From the NCBI RefSeq assembly GCF_006345805.1, contig NW_021827212.1, positions 1-10,985 of the forward strand: a stretch of 10,985 nucleotides of DNA. The letters run 5' to 3'. A model generated the notes under the pieces. It was not told the DNA's origin, did no database searches, and was given only the letters and a program-made list of their open reading frames with translations. How positions within the stretch are numbered: position 1 is the stretch's first letter; the number at the start of each line of letters is the position of its first letter. The stretch is from Octopus sinensis. Its lineage: Eukaryota. Shown one piece after another: positions 1-8,299 of this stretch. The position numbers and the translations under genes are program-made.

Positions 1-249
1 AGTAATTATACTTCTTGATATCAGGGTATATCACTGAGCTTTACCTCAGTACTTTATCATAATTGACCAACCATTACAAAAACACTAAAGATTAACCAGG
101 CCCAAAATAGCACTCTATCACTGCACTCAGTTACTGCACTATAACACTATACTATATGCTTCTTTGTGGCCTACCACAGCTCTTTAGCACCCTACTATTG
201 TGCAGTTCCCTATCATTGCATTGTGCCACTACTACGTAGCAATTCACAC

Positions 250-302
250 CAGTGTCTCTCAACCATTTTTAACCTGAAAAACCATTTTAACTCAGGTGGA
301 CC
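250..302 (+). mobile_element. Isolated hAT (Charlie-like) terminal fragment
   Basis: CAGTGTCTCTCAACC (250-264) resembles the TIRs of the MITE at 2231-2901. No partner end is visible. A short internal duplication of AACCATTTT(T)AAC is present. Confidence 0.4.
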
Positions 303-321
303 CTCATAACAAGTCTTGTTA

Positions 322-504
322 TGAGCTGGCAGAAACGTTAGCACGCCGGACGAAATGCGTGGCCGTATTTCGTCTGTCGTTACGTTGTGAGTTCAAATTC
401 TGCCGAGGTCGACTTTGCCTTTCATCCTTTCGGGGTCGATTAAATAAGTACCAGTTACGCACTGGGGTCGATGTAATCGACTTAATCTCTTTGTCTGTCC
501 TTGT
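322..504 (+). mobile_element. tRNA-derived SINE family A, truncated at both ends
   Basis: GAGCTGGCAGAA head, B-box-like GAGTTCAAATTC and the core GTCGACTTTGCCTTTCATCCTTTCGGGGTCGAT..AATAAGTACCAG are shared with five other copies in the window. Confidence 0.85.
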
Positions 505-791
505 ATGGTACTTCACTATTGCACGTTACTGCAGCATTTTACTAATGAACTTAACTTCTTGTACTTTATTTTTGTATCTTAATACTGTACTTTACAACTG
601 TATGTTTATTAACGTCATAAGAATTTATAAACCCTGGGAGAGCGTGAAGCAATTCTTCCTCAGATCAGTGAAGCTCGAAGCAGATAAAGGTATAAATAAT
701 AGCATGCAAATATTCGGTAAAAAAATTTGCATAGCAAAAATTGGTAGATTCGAATTTTGTTATCGAAAGCTATTATTCATAGACTTTATCT

Positions 792-1256
792 AAGGCGGTG
801 AGCTGGCAGAATAGTTAGCATTCTAAGCAAAATATTTAGCGGCATTTAGCCCGACTTTAAGTTCCGAGTTCAAATTACTCTGAGGTCCACTTAACTTTTC
901 ATTCTATTTGGGATCGATAAAAGAAAGTACTAGTTGAGCACTGAGGTCGATACCTATTTCTTTACTACCCACAAGGGGCTACACACAGAGGGGACAAACA
1001 AGGACGGACATAGGTATTAAGTCGATTATATCGACCCCAGTGCGTAACTGGTACTTATTTAATCGACCCCGAAGGGATGAAAGGCAAAGTCGACCTCGAC
1101 GGAATTTGAACTCTGAATGTGACGACAGCCTAAAATACCGCTAGGCATTCCGACCGGCGTGCTAACGATTCTGCCAGCTCGCGCCTTAGGTCGATACCAT
1201 CGACTAGACTCCTCCCCTAAAGTTTCAGGCCTTGTGTCTGTAATAGAAAGGATTTG
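792..1256 (+). mobile_element. SINE family A host copy (792-954 plus 1199-1256), split by an antisense copy
   Basis: The head is AAGGCGGTGAGCTGGCAGAA. The sequence resumes after the nested copy with ATCGACTAGACTCCTCCCC..GGCCTTGTGTC. An approximate TSD ATAG(A)CTTTATCT lies at 779-791 and 1259-1270. Confidence 0.85.
955..1187 (-). mobile_element. SINE family A, full-length antisense copy nested in another family A copy
   Basis: Reverse complement of the family A sequence, flanked by the perfect 11-bp TSD AGGTCGATACC (944-954 and 1188-1198). Confidence 0.9.
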
Positions 1257-1677
1257 TTATAGCTTTATCTGCTTCGAGTTTCACCAGTCCAAGAAAGAAT
1301 TGTTTACTTCCGTATTTCACAATTACACTTTACAATACAGTGTAAGGTGCCATTGTACCTTATACACTTATAAATTATTATGTTAACAGCTACAATTATT
1401 GCACCATTTAAACACAATTACTCTGTATGCAACACTATGAATGCCGCCGAAGACTGAGTCTTTAAAATTACATTTAACACATCACTGACAATAATATCTG
1501 TGGATCACTCTTCAGATCTTTCTTTGAGGGTTATGTCGAGTGGACAGATGTGAGCCGGAACAGACATTACAAGATGTCAGCAACCTTAAGTTTCTATCCA
1601 TAAGTCAGTACTACACATTAGTACTTACACTTTAATAGTGCACACTGATGCTGTACCTTAATACTGTGGTTTACAAT

Positions 1678-2118
1678 CATAGGCGCAGGAGTGGCATAGG
1701 CGCAGGAGTGGCTGTGTGGTAAGTAGCTTGCTAACCAACCACATGGTTCCGGGTTCAGTCCCACTGCGTGGCATCTTGGGCAAGTGTCTTCTGCTATAGC
1801 CCTGGGCCGACCAATGCCTTGTGAGTGGATTTGGTAGACGGAAACTGAAAGAAGCCTGTCGTATATACATATATATGTGTGTGTGTGTGTGTGTGTTGTG
1901 TGTCTGTGTTTGTACCCCTAGCATTGCTTGACAACCGATGCTGGTGTGTTTACGTCCCCGTAACTTAGCGGTTCGGCAAAAGAGACCGATAGAATAAGTA
2001 CTAGGCTTACAAAGAATAAGTCCCGGGGTCGAGTTGCTCGACTAAAGGCGGTGCTCCAGCATGGCCGCAGTCAAATGACTGAAACAAGTAAAAGAGTAAA
2101 AGAGAGTAAAAAGAGTAA
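1678..2118 (+). mobile_element. tRNA-derived SINE family B with internal (TA/TG)n and a GAGTAAAA-repeat tail
   Basis: A-box-like TGGCTGTGTGG, B-box-like GGGTTCAGTCCC, CORE-like CTTGGGCAAGTG segment, internal microsatellite at about 1862-1910 and a tandem tail. It is colinear with 3123-3580. Confidence 0.88.
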
Positions 2119-2404
2119 TACATTTACGAAGGCACACCAGTTATATACTTTAGTACTGTGTTTCAATACAATAACTTGGTATTACTTTTTAGGTCTAACT
2201 TTTGTACAACACGTCTGTAATGCACTATAGCAGAGTTTCTCAGCTGGGGTTCCCCGGAACTCTAGGGTTCTGCAAAAGGTTCCTAGGGGTTCCGCGAGAG
2301 AGAGTGTATAGTACTATTTCATGATTGTAATATTACTATACATGCATAACATATTATTGGTTATTGTAACATAGACACCATCCTATCTAACTTATTTTGA
2401 TATA

Positions 2405-2700
2405 TGCCCAGTGGTTAGGGCAGCGGACTCGCGGTCGTAGGTTCGCGGTTTCGATTCCCAGACCGGGCGTTGTGAGTGTTTATTGAACGAAAACACCGAA
2501 AGCTCCACAAGGCTCCGGCAGGTTGGTGGCGATCCCTGCTGTACTCTTTCGCCACAACTTTCTCTCATTCTTTCTTCCGTTGGCCTGCTCGCTTAGACAG
2601 CGGGGTGGCGTCATTCGAAGGCTAAAACAATGCGAAGCGCATTGTGACCAGCGATGTGTAACAACATCTGATAGCCTGGTCGGTCACGTGATCACGTGAT
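2405..2700 (+). mobile_element. tRNA-derived SINE family C (tail type 1), nested in the hAT MITE
   Basis: A-box-like GCCCAGTGG and B-box-like GTTTCGATTCC. The first ~175 bp match the minus copy at 3924-4220. It is followed by a TA-rich microsatellite, with a possible TSD TTTGATAT (2396-2403 and 2762-2769). Confidence 0.82.
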
Positions 2701-2760
2701 ATATATATATGTATATGTATATGTATATATATATCTATATGAATATATATATGTATATGT
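2701..2760. repeat. (TA)n/(TATATG)n microsatellite
   Basis: Read directly; it lies at the 3' end of the SINE. Confidence 0.9.
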
Positions 2761-3122
2761 ATTTGATATTTACCACGTAAACTACGATGAAAAAATATAA
2801 GATATTGTAAATCATTTTTTTTTTGCGTGTGTGCAGGGGTTCCTTGAGACATGTAATTTATTTTAAGCGTTACGCAAGGGTAAAAAGGTTGAGAAACGGT
2901 GCACTATAGCCTAACACTGCAGCAGTGCATGACACCAGTGCTGTACAATAGAACAACACTGCATTGACTGGTGCACAATATGATGCATTATCACATAGCT
3001 ACCGAGCTAAGGGAACGAGGTGAGCTTCAACGGCGAAGATCAACAGCCTTTTGTAAAGGCTCCAATCATGTCGTCTACGGAACTGGACCACCAATTTTTA
3101 CATTTGCTTATGGCCACTTACT

Positions 3123-3287
3123 TATAGGTGCAGGTATGGCAATGTGGTAAGAAGCTTGCTTACCAACCACATGGTTCCAGGTTCAGTCGCACTGCGTCGC
3201 AGCTTGGGCAAGTGTCATCTATTGTAGCCTTCAGCTGACCGAAACCTTGTAAGTGGATTTGGCAGGCGGAAACTGAGAAAGCCCGTC

Positions 3288-3358
<71 letters not shown>

Positions 3359-3580
3359 TGTGTGTGTTTGTGTTTCTCGCCCCACCACCGCTTGACAGCT
3401 GGTGTTGGTGTGTTTACGTTCCTGTAACTTACCTGTTCCGCAAATGAGCCCGATATTATAAGTACTAGGCTTTTAAAATACAAGTTCTGGGGTCGATTTG
3501 TTCGACTAGAACCTTTCAAGGCGGTACCCTAACATGACCGCAGTCAAATGATTGAATCAAGTAAAGATAGAAATAAGAAG
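3123..3580 (+). mobile_element. SINE family B, second copy with an expanded internal (TG)n at about 3289-3372
   Basis: Colinear with 1695-2100 on both sides of the microsatellite. Confidence 0.88.
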
Positions 3581-3834
3581 CCAACGTGTTTAATGCATCA
3601 TATCATTCATACCCATAATCATATATCATCTCCACGTATTCACCTCATTTCTTTTGCAAGTCATACTTATGTAAACATGAATCAATCAAACTGCGACTCA
3701 AACGACTACGTAAAAAATCTCGACTGCTTAATTAGGCACAAATACATCAAATTTAAAAAAGCAAAAATTCAAAATAGTCCAAGGTCCACAAGGACCACCT
3801 CGATGGCCCCACTTGTAGGACGCAGCCCACCAAT

Positions 3835-4345
3835 CACTGATCTGCCCGTTCGCTTATTCTGTTACAAGTAACAACCGAATTCTCTTATTCACACCCTATC
3901 ATCTAAAAATACGAAAGACATATTTTTCCTTCTCGAGCCCCGCCTGGCCCCATAAGAGCCGGCTTCACGGTTTCATTAGCGTATAGGTTCCCCACCTGGA
4001 CGGGACGCCGGTCCGTCGCATGAGCTGCTAGATCCAGGAGGAAAGAGTGAGAGAAAACTGTGGCGAAAGAGTCAGCAGAAGGTTGCCATTACCTTCTGCC
4101 GGAGCCGCGTGGAGCTTAGGTGTTTTCGCTCATAAACATACACATCATCCAGTTTGAGATTCGAACCCACGGTCCCTCGACCGCGAATCCGCTGCTCTAA
4201 CCAATAGGCCATGGGCCTGCACGAAAGACATATGGAACAATGCTAGACTTAGATGTGCAAAACAACTGGGTAGTGAAGACTGGAATATCTTTCATCATGG
4301 GCCTACTCGATCGAAGTTGGCCTAGGGCTATAAGTTCAACTACAA
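3835..4345 (+). mobile_element. Dispersed repeat family E, degenerate copy split by a family C SINE
   Basis: The motifs AAGTAACAACCGAAT..CACACCCTA and CTGGAATATCTTTCATCATGGG..CCTAGGGCTA resemble sequence at 4805-5070, 7085-7612 and 7645-8310. Boundaries are approximate. Confidence 0.5.
3924..4220 (-). mobile_element. SINE family C (tail type 2, shared with family D)
   Basis: Minus-strand TGGCCTATTGGTTAGAGC..GGGTTCGAATCTC head, with the perfect 13-bp TSD ACGAAAGACATAT (3911-3923 and 4221-4233). Confidence 0.9.
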
Positions 4346-4591
4346 ACATTGCACTATAAAACACAGCTGTCAAAATTGGCACAGACACCCAACCCCTATA
4401 ATAGAACCAACCCTTGTTGTAGAATGAAGTCAGCTTCATTCACAAATCCCTTCCAACACTCAGTGCGTGTGACCCCGGACATGTGATCTAGAAAATTGCA
4501 TCTTCGTTTGTCGCGTCCCAAATCTGACGCCATCCCATCTAATGCCTTTACGTGGGGCACTCAACGCCCTACAAACAACTATTAAATATCA

Positions 4592-4803
4592 CTTCTACTA
4601 TAGACACAAGGCCGGAATTTTTGAGGGAGGGGTCTAGTTGATTATATCGTTGCCAGTGCTTGTCTGGTACCTAATTTATCAAATCCGAAAGGATGAAAGG
4701 CAAAGTCGACCTCGGCGGAACTTGAACTCAGAACGTTAAGACGGACGAAATGCCTCTAAGTAGTTTATCCGGCGTGTTAGCGGTTGTGCTATCTCGCTGC
4801 CTT
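4592..4803 (-). mobile_element. SINE family A, antisense copy
   Basis: GGATGAAAGGCAAAGTCGACCTCGGCGGAACTTGAACTCAG is the reverse complement of the family A core. The tail is the same type as 1199-1256. Confidence 0.85.
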
Positions 4804-4804
4804 A

Positions 4805-5070
4805 AAAAAAACCAGCTAAATATCATTCAAATCATTCTCTACTGTATTTTAAAAAGGGAGAACATATTGGATAACGTAGTCCCAGGTAGACTATGCCTAA
4901 ACAAAAACAATATGGTCACAGCTGAGAAAGCATCACAATTCCATGCACACTCTACCTTCTTTAAAGATGGCTTATTTTACATGGTTATAGAAAAAGACGG
5001 TGTGGTCACGGCTGGAGGACTTTTGATTGTAAGTTTCTGGATCACGACTCACAACAATAGGAACAACAAC
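4805..5070 (+). mobile_element. Dispersed repeat family E fragment(s)
   Basis: CAGCTAAAT..TTCAAATCA, GGATAACGTAGTCC and a twice-occurring TGGTCAC(A/G)GCTG motif, ending in a CAACAA-type tail. It is similar to 7645-8310. Confidence 0.5.
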
Positions 5071-5595
5071 ATCCATGATTACACTGTACGCTAGTAGATG
5101 CTTGAGTAATTTCATCTTAATCTTATACATATCGGGACCCCATGAAGAAGGAAGTTAACTTCAGAGTGACTGGGGTCTTATCCATGGGGAAATTGAGACA
5201 GCTATCTCATTTGCTTATTACAAGAAAATCGTAGTCACACTGGATGAGGTAGGTATGAGGTGTTGGCATATATTTACATCACGTAATGCAGTCGGATCTC
5301 ACAGGTGTTATATATTTCGTTGAAATCTTCGTTCACTTGACATTACCCAAGACGTTTCTACTCAAATAATAGAAACTTCCTCTTCGTGCGTTAAAAATAA
5401 AAACGAACAAGTGTTATAAGTCCAATACATTCAGTAAACTAAACGTCTTGGACTATATAGACAAAGTAGATCGATGTAGGTTTGGTCTTCGAAGTTAACT
5501 GATCAAAGAAACAAACATGTTTCGATCTTATTAGGCTTCCTCAGTTAAGCATATTCAATATTCTATTCAATAAGCAACAGTAAACGGGACCTATG

Positions 5596-5674
5596 CATAC
5601 ATACATACATACATACATACATACATACATACATACATACATACATACATACATACATGTATGTGTGTGTGTGT
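5596..5674. repeat. (CATA)n followed by (TG)n microsatellite
   Basis: Read directly. Confidence 0.95.
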
Positions 5675-5922
5675 GGAGGCGCGTGGCTTAGTGGTTAAGG
5701 TGTCAGCATCATGATCGTAAGATTGTGGTTTCGATTCTTGGACCGAGTGACGTGTTTGTTCTTGAGCAAAACATTTCATTTCACGTTTCTCCAGTCCACT
5801 CAGCTGGCAAAAAGGAGTAACGCTGCGATGGATTGGCGTCCTGTCCAGCTGGGGAACACATACGCCCGGGAAACCGGGCCCATGAGCTTGGCTAGGCTTT
5901 AAAAGGGCGCATTTATTTTTAT
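5675..5922 (+). mobile_element. tRNA-derived SINE family D
   Basis: A-box TGGCTTAGTGG, B-box-like GTTTCGATTCT and a CORE-like CTTGAGCAAAACA segment. The 3' part TGCGATGGATTGGCGTCCTGTCCAG..GGGGAAC..GAAACCG is shared with 3924-4220. Confidence 0.85.
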
Positions 5923-6271
5923 TGTATATATATATTAGAGCAAAATAGCTGAAAAAAATACCCCAACATCTGAAACATTCTTCAGGCATACAAAACCCAA
6001 ATACGGTAAGGAAAGAGGGCCACGTGTCCCTTATACTGGAATTGAAAAACTTCGATCAGCTGATCTCACACCAGTTATCTTTCTTTCCTGTTTGTTTGTT
6101 TGTTCTTCTAGATTTTTATCTCACGTGGAGGGAGTTTTAGATCACTAATTACTCGGATCATCTTTGTCAATTGAATACCAATTTATTATATAATACATCT
6201 ATATATAATATGAAGAATATTCCCCAAAGCCGCGGTGTTTTCCAACGACCATATTGTTGGTTTTTATAATA

Positions 6272-7088
6272 AACTGCACTGGACCACGTTGCACACAGAT
6301 CGTTGCACCGTGCTACACTGCGCTGTGCAATGCTACGATAGACCAGGAGACACTGCTGAACACCAAAATGCAGTACAGTTGATTGCACTTCACAATACTA
6401 CGTTACACAACACTGTGTAACATTATACGACACCACACCACCAATATACCACTCCACGTGACACTATATCACATCACCCTGCACCACACCACTCCACACA
6501 ACACAACACTGCAACTCTGCACCACACTGCATCACACCACATCACATCACATCACTCCACACAACACCACTCCATACAACACAACACCACTCCATACAAC
6601 GCAACACCACTCCATACAACACAACACTGCAGCACACCACATCACACTACTCCGTACTGCACAACACAACACCACACAACACCACACGACATAATACCTC
6701 ACAACACCACACCACACTTCATCACAAAACACACCAACACACATCAAACCACCTCACAACACACCACTACATAACATACCACCACACAACACACAACCAC
6801 ACACCATCACATAACAGCACACCACGAAACACACACCATACTACACAAAAACAACACCATACCACCCAACACAACACCGCATAACACAACACCACACCAC
6901 ACCTCACATACCACCACACAACACACCGCCACACAACACATCATACAACGCCACATGACAGGACACTACACAACACCACAAAACACAACACGACACAACC
7001 CTCCACACAACACCACACCACACAACAACACACCGCACAACACCACACCACACAACACAGCGCCCCACAACACCACTCCACACTACTC
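6272..7088. repeat. Degenerate pentanucleotide satellite (CACAA/CACAC/CACAT/CACTC)n
   Basis: Clear 5-bp periodicity with a local 15-bp higher-order unit such as CACAACACCACACCA. The left end is more decayed. Confidence 0.9.
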
Positions 7089-7612
7089 TAGCCAACGAGA
7101 TAGTCTCTACATGGTCACTGTGATTGCTAGAAATAGCAACCAAATTCCTTAAGCCACTCAGTAAGGTCATCTGTCACGTTGGATACTGTATGTCCGTGGT
7201 TCCCAGTACGTGAAAAGAGATCTACTGCATGGCCACAGTGACTGGACATAGGAAGTAGACAGGTGGTCACTCAGCATAAACATAGACAGGGCGTAGAGTT
7301 GGTTGGTCACACAACGTAGTCACAGTCATTGAACATAGGAGTGGACGGACAGACAGCGACTGGACATAGAAGATCCACCAGTGGTCACTTAAGCGTGGAT
7401 ACTGTGACTGGACATAAGAGTGGACAGCCACAAGGCATGGCCACAAGGCATGGCCTCAAGGCATGGCCACAGCGCATCGGGAATAGTGTAGGTGGTCACA
7501 CGGCATGGCCACGCGGACATTATGGGACATTATGTCTAACAGGGAATTGCTGTTGATCATAGGTATACTGGGTCAAGGTTAGCCTAGGGTTAAACAGCTA
7601 CAATAACAACAA
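7085..7612 (+). repeat. Family E ends (about 7085-7160 and 7540-7612) enclosing a degenerate minisatellite
   Basis: An ACAGTGACTGGACATAGGAGTGGAC-like motif starts at 7235, 7322, 7353 and 7401. GCCACAAGGCATG occurs about 3.4 times (7427-7471) and GGACATTATG twice (7515-7534). Confidence 0.65.
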
Positions 7613-7731
7613 CTACACTACGGAAAAACTACACATTGCACGCTGCAACACGTGGTCGGTCGACCTGACAGAAAAAGCAGCCAAATCTTCTTCAAACCAT
7701 ACTCAGTCATCTTAATAATATTTATAATGTA

Positions 7732-7951
7732 TTTAAGGCGGTAAACTGGCAGAATCATTAGCACGCCGGAAAAAATGCTTAGCGGCGTATCGTCCGACTT
7801 TACGCTCTGAGTTCAAATTCCTGCGAGGTCGACTCTGCCTTTCATCGCTTGGGAGGTCGATAAGATAAGTAGCAATTGAGAACTGGGATTGGTGCAATCA
7901 AATTACCCCCTCCGCCCGGAACGTGCTGGCCTTGTGCCAAAACTTGAAGCA
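7732..7951 (+). mobile_element. SINE family A, first unit of a tandem pair
   Basis: TTTAAGGCGGTAAACTGGCAGAATC head, core and tail GCTGGCCTTGTGCCAAAACTTG. Confidence 0.88.
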
Positions 7952-7967
7952 AATATTTATTAATTCA

Positions 7968-8180
7968 TTTAAGGCGGCAAGCTGGCAGAATCGTTAACAC
8001 GCCGGGCAAAATACGTGGCAGCATTTCGTCCGTCTTTACGAACTGAGTTCAAATTCTGCCGAGGCCGACTTTGCCTCTCATCTATAAGTACCAACCAAGC
8101 AGTGGGGGGGGGTCCGATGTAATCGACTTACCCCCGCCCCCGAACTTACTGGCGTTGTGCCAAAACTTGTATTTATATAC
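7968..8180 (+). mobile_element. SINE family A, second unit of the tandem pair, with a short internal deletion
   Basis: Same head and tail type as the first unit, but it lacks the TTTCGGGGTCGAT segment. The pair is flanked by AATATTTATAATGTA (7717-7731 and 8181-8195). Confidence 0.88.
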
Positions 8181-8299
8181 AATATTTATAATGTAGTGTG
8201 AGACGAAAAATAACTGAAAAATAATATGATAGCCATGGTTGGATTGTCTTTAGTTATAAACTTGTGCATTTGAAGAGTGTTAACCAGGTCTATACAATA

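Larger units (their letters stand above)
650..1302. mobile_element. Fold-back/MITE-like palindromic element interrupted by nested SINEs
   Basis: 650-695 and 1257-1302 are inverted repeats (38/46 by manual alignment). Removing the SINE and one TSD copy leaves an element of about 174 bp that is self-complementary over most of its length. Confidence 0.7.
2231..2901. mobile_element. Non-autonomous hAT (Charlie-like) MITE containing a nested SINE
   Basis: 8-bp TSD CACTATAG at 2223-2230 and 2902-2909. TIRs are CAGAGTTTCTCAGCT and (reverse complement) CACCGTTTCTCAACC, 11/15 matching. Subterminal GGGTTCC motifs occur at both ends. Confidence 0.85.

Noticed and set aside
296-793. 165-aa plus-strand ORF
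   Set aside because: It runs through a SINE and the fold-back arm, has a GTG start and shows no recognisable domain.
2405-2470. tRNA gene (also 4150-4220 and 5675-5750)
   Set aside because: These have A/B boxes but no convincing cloverleaf, and they continue into SINE bodies.
3047-3062. Short hairpin AGCCTTT..AAAGGCT, and palindrome GAAGTTAACTTC at 5151-5162
   Set aside because: Both are too short to distinguish from chance in 11 kb.
3548-3871. 107-aa plus-strand ORF
   Set aside because: It starts inside a SINE tail, ends in family E and has no recognisable motif.
1658-5989. ORFs at 1658, 2622, 3160, 4197, 4750, 5591 and 5711
   Set aside because: They are translations of SINEs, family E and microsatellites (HT, IY and CMYV runs).
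6197-6265. Helitron-like 5' end (A|TCTATATATAATA) with a CCAAC..GTTGG hairpin
   Set aside because: There is no matching hairpin-plus-CTRR 3' end, and the motif is common in AT-rich DNA.
6167-7170. His/Thr/Asn-rich and Val/Cys/Trp-rich ORFs
   Set aside because: They result from the stop-poor pentamer satellite.
7228-7475. CRISPR-like repeat-spacer array
   Set aside because: The repeats are degenerate and irregularly spaced, the spacers resemble each other, there are no cas genes and the context is eukaryotic.
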